DNA from: Planctomycetota bacterium
Lineage (GTDB): Bacteria; Planctomycetota; B15-G4
DNA length: 64,000 nt
Reading direction: 5' to 3'
Assembly (NCBI GenBank): GCA_965248575.1
Contig: CBDFJQ010000002.1
Span: 3,968,001-4,032,000 of the forward strand
Under the pieces are notes generated by a model. The model ran no database searches. It was given only the letters and a program-made list of their open reading frames with translations, and was not told where the DNA came from. Positions 1-10,144 of this stretch are shown here, one piece after another. The position numbers and the translations under genes were made by a program. Numbering within the stretch: position 1 is the stretch's first letter; each line of letters begins with the position of its first letter.

Positions 1-1074
1 GCGGGCGGCAGAGGCATCCAGCAAAACTTCAGCTACGGCACGGAGGGCACAGGGCTCTCGTTCTCGGCGAGCTTCCTGGATGGGGAAGGCAACGACATCA
101 TCAACGATTGGATGAGCGTCGACGTCAGCGATGGGATCACCACCGTGAACCTCTTCTACATGGACAGCTTCCTGGCGGCAGAGCTGCCCGTGGCCTTCTC
201 CAGCGCTTACCCAGAGTTGCCGATCACGCAGCGCTTCGACGTCTCCGCCGATCTGCTGGAGCTGTTCCCGGCTTCGACAGGGGCGACGGTGTTCACCCTC
301 AGCGCGTTGATGGGCAACGACCAGGACAGCGGCTTTCAATCCCGTGGATACGTCGACGACTTCGAGCTCGGCCTGGCGGCCCCGACCATCGTGCTGGGTG
401 ACCGCGTCAAGGGCATGGTGAGCGAGGGCGACGGCTCCCGATTCCGCTTCGAAGCAACCGCCGGGACCCTGCTGTCGCTCAAGGCAGTGCGTTCCGGAGG
501 CGACCTCCAGCCGGGGATCATGCTCACCGCTCCCAGCGGGGGCGTGCTGCTGACGCCTGCCGTCAGCGTGCTGTCCAGCAAGGCTGCGGGCACCAAGAAG
601 TTTCCCCTGACGGAGACCGGTGTCTATGTGGTCGATGTCATGAGCCAGGCGGGCAGCGGGCCCTACTCCCTGAAGAGCAAGGCCAAGGCGGTGACCAAGG
701 TGAAGGAGATCCTCTCGATCGGGGCCGTGGAGGGGACGTCGACCGTCTTCGCCCTCGACGCCGTGGCTGGGACCGTCCTCAAGCGCTTGACCGTGGCGAG
801 CCTCAAGCCCAAGGGTGACTTCGCCATGATCGACGGGCTACCGGCCGACCTGTTCCCGGTCTTCCTGCCGGGGATGGATCCGGACGGCGACCCGCTCGTC
901 TTCGAAGCGACCGCCAACAAGTCGGGCCGCAAGGTCACCGTGAAGAACCTCAACCTCCCGCTCGTGGGAACCTACGAGTTCGAAGTGGGCGGTGACGACG
1001 GGAGCATCGGCTACGCAAAGGCGTTGGCCAAACTCTCCGTCCCCAAGGGAAAGAGCACGGTCGAGATCCCGTAG
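1..1074 (+). CDS. 5'-truncated probable secreted protein with PPC-like/beta-sandwich domains and a Lys-rich C-terminal half
   Basis: Frame +1 is open from base 1 to TAG at 1072-1074; PPC-like motif 'FPLTETGVYVVDV..AGSGPYSL'; high-GC codon usage. Confidence 0.6.
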   Translation, partial: AGGRGIQQNFSYGTEGTGLSFSASFLDGEGNDIINDWMSVDVSDGITTVNLFYMDSFLAAELPVAFSSAYPELPITQRFDVSADLLELFPASTGATVFTLSALMGNDQDSGFQSRGYVDDFELGLAAPTIVLGDRVKGMVSEGDGSRFRFEATAGTLLSLKAVRSGGDLQPGIMLTAPSGGVLLTPAVSVLSSKAAGTKKFPLTETGVYVVDVMSQAGSGPYSLKSKAKAVTKVKEILSIGAVEGTSTVFALDAVAGTVLKRLTVASLKPKGDFAMIDGLPADLFPVFLPGMDPDGDPLVFEATANKSGRKVTVKNLNLPLVGTYEFEVGGDDGSIGYAKALAKLSVPKGKSTVEIP

Positions 1075-1098
1075 GTGAGGGCGAAGCGAGGCGCGGTG

Positions 1099-2916
1099 AT
1101 GTTGCGTGGCAGCATCCGTGCGCTGTGCTTCGGCTTCGCACTGAGCTGCCTCGTCGCTTGTGACGGTGTCTCCGACGCTAGGCCCGTCACCGCCGAGCTG
1201 GATACTGCGCTCTCGGTCGTGGAGTCGGAAGCCTCACGCGAGGCAACGATTGCAGGGGAGGCAGAGGGGGAGATCGAGGCCGATCTGTTCACGGACGTCG
1301 CCGACGCCGTCGGCCTCGACTTCGTGCACTTCAATGGCATGTCCGGACGCTTTGCCCTGCCTGAGATCAGCGGGTCGGGGGCGGCCCTGCTGGACTACGA
1401 CCGCGACGGGGATCTCGACGCGTACCTCGTCCAGGGAGCGGCGCTGCATCCGGAGGACGAGCCATGGTTCCCACCCGTCGGTCCGCTGCCGACCGCTGAC
1501 CGGCTGTTTCGCAACGAGCTCCAATCCGCAGGGCAGCGAGGCCCGCTGCGCTTCACCGATGTGACTGAAGCCAGCGGCATTCACGCCACGGGCTACGGCA
1601 TGGGCGTCGCCGTGGGGGACGTTGACGATGACGGCACCCCGGACATCTACGTCACGAACCACGGGCCCAACCAGCTCTGGCGCAACAGCAGCGCGGGGCG
1701 CTTCGAGGAGGTCAGCGTCGAGGCCGGCTGTGCGGACCCCGGCTGGAGTAGTAGCGCGACCTTCGTCGACATCGATCGGGACGGCGACCTGGACCTCTAC
1801 GTGGCCAACTACGTGCGCTTCTCCGACGACGTGGACTGCTACGCCACGAGCAGCCGCCTGGACTACTGCGGCCCCCTGTCCTTCCCCGCAGTCTCGGACA
1901 CGCTGTACCGGAACACGGGCGACGGCCGCTTCGAGGACGTCACCAGCCGCTCGCTCGTGGGCAACCGGCCGCGGCCCGGCTTGGGCGTGGTAGCCGCCGA
2001 CCTCGACGCGGACGGCTGGCCGGACCTGTGCGTGGCGAACGACGGCGCCCCGAACCAGCTGTGGTTGAACCAGCGCGACGGGACCTTCCGAGACGACGCC
2101 TTGCTGGCGGGTGTGGCCCTGAACGCCGAGGGCAAGCCCGAGGCCAGCATGGGCATCGACGCCGGAGACTTCGACGGCGATGGCGACGACGACCTCTTCA
2201 TGACGCACCTGATGGGGGAGAGCAACACCCTCTACGTCAACGACGGCGCAGGCCTGTTCACCGACCGCTCCATCCCGCTGGGGCTCGCGAGCGCGAGCCT
2301 TGGGTCCACGGCATTTGGGACGCACTGGGTGGACCACGACAACGACGGCTGGCTGGATCTGATGGCCATGAACGGCGCCGTGCGGGTGCTCGACGACCTC
2401 GTGCGGGAGGGCGACAGGCACCCCCTCGACCAGCGCAACCAGCTGTTCCGAAACCTGGGGGGCGAGCGTTTCGAGCAGCTGACTGACCGCGCCGGCCCAG
2501 CGTTCTTGTTGCGGGAGGTGAGTCGTGGAGCCGCTTTCGGCGATCTGGACGACGACGGGCGGATCGACGTGCTGATCATGAACAACAACGGCCGGAGCCG
2601 ACTGCTCAGGAACACGGGCGCGGCGCGCCATCACTGGTTGGGGCTGAGGTTCGTTCAGAGCGAAGGGGGCCTGGACGTCGTTGGTGTGCGCGTCGCCGTG
2701 TCGCTCCCCGATGGGCGCACTCTCTGGAGACGGACCCGACGGGATGGGAGCTATTGCTCCTCGAACGACCCGCGACTCGTGGTCGGGCTCGGCGCGACGC
2801 CACAGGCCGAAAGTGTGCGCGCGATCTGGCCCGACGGACTCAGCGAGCAGTGGCCGTCTCCCGCTGTCGACGCCTACACCACGCTCGTGAGGGGCAGCGG
2901 AGAACCCTCCCGATGA
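1099..2916 (+). CDS. CRTAC1-family protein (FG-GAP/VCBS repeats + ASPIC/UnbV C-terminal domain), probable lipoprotein
   Basis: Repeated DxDxDGxxD motifs, SRGAAFGDLDDDGRIDV, GSYCSSNDPRLVVGLG; lipobox LVAC; start 1099 (ATG) or 1075 (GTG). Confidence 0.9.
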   Translation: MLRGSIRALCFGFALSCLVACDGVSDARPVTAELDTALSVVESEASREATIAGEAEGEIEADLFTDVADAVGLDFVHFNGMSGRFALPEISGSGAALLDYDRDGDLDAYLVQGAALHPEDEPWFPPVGPLPTADRLFRNELQSAGQRGPLRFTDVTEASGIHATGYGMGVAVGDVDDDGTPDIYVTNHGPNQLWRNSSAGRFEEVSVEAGCADPGWSSSATFVDIDRDGDLDLYVANYVRFSDDVDCYATSSRLDYCGPLSFPAVSDTLYRNTGDGRFEDVTSRSLVGNRPRPGLGVVAADLDADGWPDLCVANDGAPNQLWLNQRDGTFRDDALLAGVALNAEGKPEASMGIDAGDFDGDGDDDLFMTHLMGESNTLYVNDGAGLFTDRSIPLGLASASLGSTAFGTHWVDHDNDGWLDLMAMNGAVRVLDDLVREGDRHPLDQRNQLFRNLGGERFEQLTDRAGPAFLLREVSRGAAFGDLDDDGRIDVLIMNNNGRSRLLRNTGAARHHWLGLRFVQSEGGLDVVGVRVAVSLPDGRTLWRRTRRDGSYCSSNDPRLVVGLGATPQAESVRAIWPDGLSEQWPSPAVDAYTTLVRGSGEPSR

Positions 2917-4598
2917 GCGCACCGAGGTGTGCACAGAAACATGTATCGAGGCTGCGCCTGACAGCGGGGCTCGTGGCGCTGGTGATCGGCGTGAGCAGCC
3001 CTGTGGCTCGCTCCGCATGGCATGCAACGCAAGACGGCACGCCGCCGCCAGCCGCAGCCTCACTCAGGTTGGGCGAGATCGGCCCGGGCGTCCCCGGCCT
3101 GCTGTCAGTGCCGCTGCCCGTGATTGGCGATCTCGAAGACGCGGTGCGAGAGCAGTTGAGCGAAGCCCAGGATGAGCTGCGCTTGGTTATCAAGCAGAGC
3201 CAGGGCGACGAGCAAGCCGAGCGTGGCCCGCTGCTCGCAACGGCCTACGCACACCTGGGTCGGCTGTATCACGCCTACGACCTGTGGGCTGCGGCGGCGA
3301 CCTGCTACGAGAACGCCTTGCGGCTGACGCCCGGGGATCCGCGCTTGCACTATGCCCTCGCCGAGCTTGCGCGCTCGGAAGGCCGGCTCGACGCTGCGCG
3401 GACGCACTACCAGCAGGTCCTCGTGCTGCGCCCGGACGACTTGGCAGCGCTGGTGCACCTGGGCGACCTGGAGTACACGCTCAACCGCCTTGAGGACGCG
3501 GAGCTCACGCTTCAGCAAGCGCTGCAGATCGACGAGGGCTGCGCGGCGGCGCGCGCTCTCTTGGGCCGGATCGCGCTCGCGCGCGGTGACGCGCAAGCGG
3601 CCGTTGACCAGCTCACTGTTGCACTCGAACACGCGCCCGAGGCCAACCGCCTGCACTATCCGCTGGGGATGGCCTATCGCGCGTTGGGCGACCTCGGTCG
3701 TGCGCGGGAGCACTTGGCGGCCAGCGGCGAGGTGGGCGTCACGGTGGCCTCGCCCATGGTGGCCGAGTTGCAAGCACTTGAGACCGGCGAACGATTGCAC
3801 CTGTTGCGTGGACGACAGGCTTATGCGGCGGGGCGCTACAGGTCGGCGGCCGCCTCCTTTCGCCGAGCGGTTGACGCTTCCCCCGAGAGTCGGCGGGCGC
3901 GTGTCAATCTCGGGGTTGCGCTGGCCGGCCTCGGCGACCTGGAGGGAGGGGTCGCTCAACTGCGCGAGGCGGTCCGCTTGGACCCTGAGAGCGTGGACGC
4001 GCGTTACAACCTCGGGTTGCTGCTGGCACGCGCCGGAGACGATGAGGAGGCCACCACGAGTTTGCGACAGGCTGTCCAATTGGATCCGGACGACACGGCG
4101 GCGCGGCTCGGGCTGGCCGACTTGCTGCGAAGTCGAGGGCGCAGCGCGGAAGCGCTCCAGGAGTACACCACTCTGTCGATGGCGCAGCCGACCCTTGAGC
4201 GGGCGCGCCTGGCCGAGGCTCAGCTTCTGGTGCAGTCTCGCCGTTACGCCGAAGCGCTTGAACGACTGGAAGACGCGCACGCCCTGATGCCCTGGCAGGG
4301 GCCGATCGCCCGCGCCCTCGCGCGACTGCTGGCGGCCTGCCCCGAGGCAAAGCTGCGCGACGGTGCCCGAGCGCTGGAGCTGGCGCTCCAGGTCCACGCG
4401 AGCTCACCGACGCCGGGCCATGCGGAAACGGTGGCGCTGGCGCTGGCCGAACTCGAGCGCTGCACGGAGGCGGCGCGTTGGCAACGGGAAGCGATCCAGG
4501 CCGCCGTGGCCGCAGGCGACGACGGCCTGGCGCAGGGCTTGCAGCGAGCCTTGGCCCGCTACGAAGCGGGTGCGCCGTGCCGTCCTCCCGTCGACTGA
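2913..4598 (+). CDS. Tetratricopeptide repeat protein, exported
   Basis: ATGA overlap with the upstream stop; hydrophobic N-terminus; many TPR-like helical repeats (e.g. ARYNLGLLLARAG). Confidence 0.85.
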   Translation: MSAPRCAQKHVSRLRLTAGLVALVIGVSSPVARSAWHATQDGTPPPAAASLRLGEIGPGVPGLLSVPLPVIGDLEDAVREQLSEAQDELRLVIKQSQGDEQAERGPLLATAYAHLGRLYHAYDLWAAAATCYENALRLTPGDPRLHYALAELARSEGRLDAARTHYQQVLVLRPDDLAALVHLGDLEYTLNRLEDAELTLQQALQIDEGCAAARALLGRIALARGDAQAAVDQLTVALEHAPEANRLHYPLGMAYRALGDLGRAREHLAASGEVGVTVASPMVAELQALETGERLHLLRGRQAYAAGRYRSAAASFRRAVDASPESRRARVNLGVALAGLGDLEGGVAQLREAVRLDPESVDARYNLGLLLARAGDDEEATTSLRQAVQLDPDDTAARLGLADLLRSRGRSAEALQEYTTLSMAQPTLERARLAEAQLLVQSRRYAEALERLEDAHALMPWQGPIARALARLLAACPEAKLRDGARALELALQVHASSPTPGHAETVALALAELERCTEAARWQREAIQAAVAAGDDGLAQGLQRALARYEAGAPCRPPVD

Positions 4599-4693
4599 GG
4601 GCGTGGAGGGCGTCTTGGAGATGCGCGCGGGGTCTTAGGCAAAGATCACGAGACGACCGTGGTTAGCCGTCCTGCTCGTGCTCAGAGGTGGGG

Positions 4694-6370
4694 TCACCGG
4701 CGGTCGAGTTGCAGCCGCTTGATGCCTGCGGTCTCTGCACTCATGCCAGCGACAACCCCATCGGCCGATCGACGGAAGCTGATCTTCAGAGCCGGGTTGG
4801 CGCACACGAAGACGTCCGCGCCGACGGACTCCAACGGACTTGCAGGATCTCCGGCCTTGGGAGGCACGATGTTCAGGTTGCCGCCCTTCGCTTCCACCGT
4901 CCATTCGGCGTCGAACAACTCAGGGGCGGTGTAGACGCCTCTGTAGTCCTCCGCGACGTAATCCACCGGAGCGGTGCGTTCGAAGCTGGTGAGGTACTCG
5001 CCCTCGTAGAACCAATCGAGGGCAGTTGGTTGGTCTTCCATGGGCGCGCGGAACTCCACCGTGCTGACTGAAAGCACGACGGTCTCTCCCTGCCGATGGG
5101 TGTCCAAGGGGAGCTTTGGCATCACGTTGGGCAACTCAGCGTTCCACGTCCCGAACTTGCTGCTCAACGTGAGCTCGTAATAGGTGTCATCCATGAAGGC
5201 GTAGTAGACACCGCTCAGGTCGGGCACTTGCTCCGGGTCCATGCGCACGCGCGCGAGATCGTCCGGGCTCGACTTGCCTGACGTGCCGCCTGCCTGCGAG
5301 TCGGCGACTCCCCGGATCGATCGAGCCAAGGCTTGCGCGTTCAGCATGTCGGTGTTGGACAGCACGACGATGGCGTCGCGAGAGTCGGGCGAGACAGCGA
5401 AGTAGGTTGAACAGCCGGGCGTGCCGCCGCCGTGCTCGTAGCTCACGGCACCTGCGAACTGGGTCACCCAGATCCCACAGGCGTATTGACCATTGCGGCC
5501 GTCCCCGACCTCTGGAGAGCGGTAGCGATCTTGTTGCAACCCAGGGCTTCCGATGCTCTGGGCGTAGGTGTTGCGTGCCCAGCGGAGCATGTCTTCGACC
5601 GTCGAGTAGAGGCCGGTGCCTCCGTGTGCTCGTACCGGTACCGGCTTGCCGTTCTGATCGCTCCCGTAATGGTGCGCACCCTGGCTGAGCAGTCGACGAT
5701 CCTCGACGAGATAGGTGGAGCTGCTCATCCCCAAGGGCTCGAAGATCCGCTCTTGGACCGTGGCTTGATAGGGCGCGCCGGTGATGTTCTGGATGAGCCG
5801 GCGCAGCAGGACATAGTTTGAGTTCGAGTAGTGAAAGGCAGTGCCGGGCTCGAAGTTCGTCGCGGTTTGCTCGACGAGTATTTCGTAGGGTTCCCAACCC
5901 CACGGATGGCCCGCCATGCGCATCAGCTCATAGTGCTCACGGATGCCGCTCGTGTGCGTGAGCAGATGGCGAACGCTCACACCCCGCAGTTGCATCTCCG
6001 GCAGATGTTCGGAGATGTCATCCTCAAGGGTCAGCTCGCCGTCATCCACCAGCATGAGAACGGCTTGCGCGACGAATTGCTTGTCGTTGGACGCCATGTA
6101 GGTGGGTGTCTGCGTGCTGAAGGCGACGCCCTCTTCGATACCCGCCATGCCTACGGCATGGACGTAGAGCTGCTCGTCATCGCGAAGGATGCCCACCGCC
6201 ACACCGGGGGCAGCGGAGGAGTCGAACTCCGCCATGAGGGCATCGACTTCGGGCCAACTCTGGCGGAGCACCCTTGTTGCACCACTCTGTTCGAGCTCTC
6301 GCGTGATGGAGGGCGTCTGGGCAAGCAGCGAGCTTGTCAGGGCAGCACAGGTGATCAGGGCAGCGAGCAT
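4694..6370 (-). CDS. Serine hydrolase, beta-lactamase/AmpC-like family, secreted
   Basis: SxxK (ASNDKQF), LLTHTSG, YSN (FHYSNSNY) and HGG motifs; signal peptide MLAALITCAALTSSLLA. Confidence 0.9.
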   Translation of the reverse strand: MLAALITCAALTSSLLAQTPSITRELEQSGATRVLRQSWPEVDALMAEFDSSAAPGVAVGILRDDEQLYVHAVGMAGIEEGVAFSTQTPTYMASNDKQFVAQAVLMLVDDGELTLEDDISEHLPEMQLRGVSVRHLLTHTSGIREHYELMRMAGHPWGWEPYEILVEQTATNFEPGTAFHYSNSNYVLLRRLIQNITGAPYQATVQERIFEPLGMSSSTYLVEDRRLLSQGAHHYGSDQNGKPVPVRAHGGTGLYSTVEDMLRWARNTYAQSIGSPGLQQDRYRSPEVGDGRNGQYACGIWVTQFAGAVSYEHGGGTPGCSTYFAVSPDSRDAIVVLSNTDMLNAQALARSIRGVADSQAGGTSGKSSPDDLARVRMDPEQVPDLSGVYYAFMDDTYYELTLSSKFGTWNAELPNVMPKLPLDTHRQGETVVLSVSTVEFRAPMEDQPTALDWFYEGEYLTSFERTAPVDYVAEDYRGVYTAPELFDAEWTVEAKGGNLNIVPPKAGDPASPLESVGADVFVCANPALKISFRRSADGVVAGMSAETAGIKRLQLDRR

Positions 6371-6644
6371 GGCAGCTTCCGGTGGCGTGGGAGACTGTGC
6401 GATACGGACGGCAGCGGGGTGCTGTTTTGAGAAACTGGAAGCGTCATCTGTTCGCCATGTGCTGCCCGTGGTCGACACCCGCCATGCCGGCCCCCCGTCG
6501 ACTGGGCTTCGGAAGAGTCAGACCTTCGGACCGTGAGCCGAAAGTCGGGTTCGGTGAGCGATCCACTGCTGGCAGGAACAGCCTCACTCCCGCAGGATGC
6601 GTGCGACGCTGGCTTCACCGATGTCATTCCGTGAGCACACTTTT

Positions 6645-7364
6645 ATGAGCATGAAGACGACCAAGCAGGTCATGGCTGCCCTCAAGAACGCGGGCGATCC
6701 GCTCCGCATCCAGACATACGCCAAACACGGCGCACCGCCCGAGCAGATGTTCGGCGTGAGCGTGGCCGACATGAAGGTCATCGCGAAGAAGATCAAGGGG
6801 CAACAGGAGCTTGCCTATGAGCTGTACGCGACCTGCAACGGCGACGCGCAGTATCTCGCAGGCATGGTGGCGGACGGATCGCTCATGACGAAGAGTCTGC
6901 TCGATGCGTGGGCCAGGAAGGCGAGCTGGTCGATGGTGGCGGAGTACACCGTGCCCTGGGTCGCGACCGAGAGTGAGCACGCGCAGTCATTGGCGCTGAA
7001 GTGGATGAAGGCCAAAAAGGAGTCGGTCGCCACGAGCGGCTGGAACACCTACTCCGGCTACGTGGCCGTCACGCCGGACGACGAACTCGACTTGGACCAG
7101 ATCGAAGGCACCCTGGGGCAGATCGAGGGCGGCATCGACGCGGCAATGAACCGGGTCAAGTACACGATGAACGGCTTCGTGATCGCTGTCGGCACCTACG
7201 TCAAACCGCTGTCGAAGCGCGCAGCGGCGACGGCGCGCAAAATCGGCAAGGTGGACGTCCAGATGGGTGGAACATCCTGCAAGGTGCCGTTCGCCAGCGA
7301 GGTCATCACCAAGGCCGCGAAGTCGGGAAGGACCGGGAAGAAACGCAAGACGATCAAATGCTGA
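6645..7364 (+). CDS. DNA alkylation repair protein (AlkD-like HEAT-repeat family)
   Basis: FGVSVADMKVIAKKIK..QELAYELY, NRVKYTMNGFVIAVG and KIGKVDVQMGGTSCKVP motifs typical of this family. Confidence 0.85.
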   Translation: MSMKTTKQVMAALKNAGDPLRIQTYAKHGAPPEQMFGVSVADMKVIAKKIKGQQELAYELYATCNGDAQYLAGMVADGSLMTKSLLDAWARKASWSMVAEYTVPWVATESEHAQSLALKWMKAKKESVATSGWNTYSGYVAVTPDDELDLDQIEGTLGQIEGGIDAAMNRVKYTMNGFVIAVGTYVKPLSKRAAATARKIGKVDVQMGGTSCKVPFASEVITKAAKSGRTGKKRKTIKC

Positions 7365-7449
7365 GGTCGGAGGGCCCGTGATGCTCCGAGGTTGGCTTGC
7401 ATAGCAAGTCGGTGCTGTGGGCTGATCTTGTTGGCCGCTGGCCCTTCCC

Positions 7450-8745
7450 TCAGCCCTCGCCAATCGTCAGTGCGATCGCCTCCGAGTACGCCTCCGCGAC
7501 CAGCGGTCCGCTCAAGGGGAAGGCGATGAACTGCACGTACACCTGATAGCCCACCGGGAGGCCGGGGGGCAGCGCCGCCGGGAGCACGTTGCAACCTGGG
7601 CCCATGGAGCCGAAGAACATGATCACCCCGGGGCTGATGAACGGGTCCACGAGCCACTCAGCCCCGAGTCCGAGCAGCGGCGGGCAGATGTAGCCCGACG
7701 GCACGGCGGTGTTGCTGTTGGCCACGCCCACCACCCAGGTGTCTGGCGGCACGTTGTGCACCTCGAGACCGAAGCCCGGGCTGGGGGAGACGCTCGATCC
7801 GAAGGCGTCCACGTGCATGTCGCCAAGTTCCGGAACCCAGTTGGACATGTTCACCCCGTGCAGATTCATCGCCAGGCCCTGGGACTCGTTGCCCGGGAAG
7901 GCGGCGGTGGTGCAGTCGATGGGGTGATGGAAGGGCGTGTCGAATCCCGAAGGCACATTCATGTAGGCGAGGCCGTTTCCGTCCGTCACGACGATGGAGT
8001 CCGGCGTGCCGTCCACGGCATTGGGAGTGGTGACGTCGTAGGCGATGCCGGTCAGTGGCGGCACAACGCAGGCGGGAGCCGTCAACCAACTCACCGTGCA
8101 GCCCGGCATGTCGATGAAGTAGACGGCCCCGAAGTCGTCGCATGCGAAGAGACCCTGGCCGAAGACTGTCCCGGTGTTCCACGCCACGTCCGTGATGGTC
8201 GCGCCGGGCACCGTGTCAGCCACGACGCAGGGCGGCACGAGCACGCTTACCGAGCACGGGCCGTAGCCGAGGCCCGCGATGGACGTGCCGTCCGTGACCC
8301 ACAGGGTTGGCGTGCCGCTCGTGAGCGAGCCCGAGGCGTCCAGACCCATGCCCGTGAGGGGGCCCATGCCGAGCGAGGCTGGTACCTCGAAGGCGCTCAG
8401 GGCCGTGCACGGCGCCGGGCTTCCGCAGGGCGTGTCCCCGACGAACTCGTAGACCACCAGACCGTCCGTCACGAGCACCGTGTCGTTCACGCGGTCGGCC
8501 GCGACATCGCCGAGCAGGCTGCCCGGGGGCACCCCACCCAGCGACGGCACGCCGCAGGCGGAGGCAGCGAGGGAGCACGTCTCGTAGAACGGCCAGGGCC
8601 CCGGGCAGCCGGGGTAGGGTGTCAGCTCCAGCAGCTCCCGCTGTACGAGGTCGACGCCGTAGTAGCGCTGGGCATGGGCATTCGGGGCGGCCAGGCCGAG
8701 GAGCAGGGCTCCGAGAGAGGCCATGAGGGTGGGGCGGGACAGCAT
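7450..8745 (-). CDS. Secreted Cys/Pro-rich protein, beta-propeller-like, with a divergent copy of the shared C-terminal domain
   Basis: Signal peptide ending AHA-Q; repeats LTGMGLD/ITDVAWN/LTGIAYD; C-terminal LPPGLPVGYQVYVQF..SEAIALTIG. Confidence 0.7.
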   Translation of the reverse strand: MLSRPTLMASLGALLLGLAAPNAHAQRYYGVDLVQRELLELTPYPGCPGPWPFYETCSLAASACGVPSLGGVPPGSLLGDVAADRVNDTVLVTDGLVVYEFVGDTPCGSPAPCTALSAFEVPASLGMGPLTGMGLDASGSLTSGTPTLWVTDGTSIAGLGYGPCSVSVLVPPCVVADTVPGATITDVAWNTGTVFGQGLFACDDFGAVYFIDMPGCTVSWLTAPACVVPPLTGIAYDVTTPNAVDGTPDSIVVTDGNGLAYMNVPSGFDTPFHHPIDCTTAAFPGNESQGLAMNLHGVNMSNWVPELGDMHVDAFGSSVSPSPGFGLEVHNVPPDTWVVGVANSNTAVPSGYICPPLLGLGAEWLVDPFISPGVIMFFGSMGPGCNVLPAALPPGLPVGYQVYVQFIAFPLSGPLVAEAYSEAIALTIGEG

Positions 8746-8971
8746 GGGAGGTCTCCAGTCGGGCGCGCGACCAGCGCGTCTGTCTTCCTGGTGACCGGGA
8801 GCGGCGACAGCTGGACAGGAAAATCCGAGTGGCGTAGCGGCACCGACCGGCGATTGCACGCCTCCTGCTCCAGTACGGTGCAAGTTACCGTGCAGCATGC
8901 GACTCTTCCGGCAAGGACAGCACTCGATGAGATTCAGAATGAGAAATCTGGCCACGGCTTGGAAGAAGGCC

Positions 8972-9469
8972 ATGAGGCGAGCGCCCGAGCGCGTGGCGCC
9001 ATGCAGCCCAGCCCTCGCGGCCCTTGCTCTGCTCTTGGTCGCCTGCGGGAGTTCCGCTGGAACGAGGTCCCCCAGCGTCGAGTTCCTGACGTCCGAAGAG
9101 ACACTTTCGCTTTCTCTGCCATTCTCGGACGCCGTTCGAGTCGGCCACCTGCTGTTTGTCTCTGGTCAGGTCGGCAATCTGCCCGGGTCCCTGGATCTGG
9201 CTTCGGGCGGAATGCAGGCAGAGGCGCGGCAAGCACTCGAGAACATCCGCTCGATCCTGGTGCGAAGTGGCTCAAGCATGGATCGCGTGGTCAAGTGCAC
9301 CGTCTTCCTCGCGGACATGGCGGACTGGCCGGACTTCAACACGGTCTACCTCGAGTTCTTTCCGGACCACCCGCCAGCGCGCAGTGCGCTCGGTGCCAAC
9401 GGGCTGGCGCTCGGAGCGCGTGTCGAGATCGAGTGCATCGCGGTTTGCGACGAGCAAGACCTCCAGTGA
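8972..9469 (+). CDS. RidA/Rid family protein with lipoprotein signal peptide
   Basis: PFSDAVRVGHLLFVSGQVG, VVKCTVFLADM, PPARSA, VEIECIA; N-terminal lipobox LLVAC. Confidence 0.9.
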   Translation: MRRAPERVAPCSPALAALALLLVACGSSAGTRSPSVEFLTSEETLSLSLPFSDAVRVGHLLFVSGQVGNLPGSLDLASGGMQAEARQALENIRSILVRSGSSMDRVVKCTVFLADMADWPDFNTVYLEFFPDHPPARSALGANGLALGARVEIECIAVCDEQDLQ

Positions 9470-9530
9470 AGACACCGAGTGAGAGATCGGTCCGGCAGCT
9501 GATCGACACGCCCCCAGCAGGGAGGATGTG

Positions 9531-9905
9531 ATGCGGGATGCAGCCCAACGATCGACCACCGACCCGGTGCTCTGGGCCTGCGCGTTGATTCCGGCCGCAG
9601 GTCTGTTCGCTTTCTACAGCTTTGTCGCGCGGGCGCGCCTCGCGCTGGGGGTTTGGCCGCAGCCGTACCGGCCCGACCCGAAGGACCTGGGGTTCGTGCT
9701 CCACCACGAGCTCGTCTGGTTGCTCTTGGGGGCGGCACTCCTCTCGCCCGTGGCGTTGGGCCTGAGTCTTCTTCTACGTCGCACGGCGCTGCTACGGGGG
9801 AGGCCAGTGCGCCGCGCGCTCTCCGTGTTTGCCGTCGGCTATCTGCTCGTGTGTTTCGCCCTGGTCAAAGATCCGGGGGCGTTTCTGGAGTGGCTCGCTG
9901 ACTGA
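9531..9905 (+). CDS. Small membrane protein (about 3 TM segments)
   Basis: GGAGG RBS; three hydrophobic segments. Confidence 0.65.
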   Translation: MRDAAQRSTTDPVLWACALIPAAGLFAFYSFVARARLALGVWPQPYRPDPKDLGFVLHHELVWLLLGAALLSPVALGLSLLLRRTALLRGRPVRRALSVFAVGYLLVCFALVKDPGAFLEWLAD

Positions 9906-10144
9906 CGCCATGAGAAGGTCGGCAACGCGTCCTCGACGCTGGCGGGCCGTCGAGCAACCCTCGGCCTCGAAGAGTGAACCGTGCAGTCCATCAATCTCAT
10001 CCGAGAGCCAGGCAAGAGCGAACATCGGTACACGACTCCGCTTGTTTGCGAGTGGCGATCGCAGCAGAATCGAGGTCAGGAGTCGCTATCGCCAGGCCTT
10101 GGGGCGTCTCTGGGCATTGCGGATCGACGTGGAGCGTGGGTGGC

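Noticed and set aside
1072..1077. In-frame TAG-GTG junction that could fuse ORF1 to the CRTAC1 gene by readthrough
   Set aside because: The downstream ORF has its own RBS, start codon and lipoprotein signal peptide.
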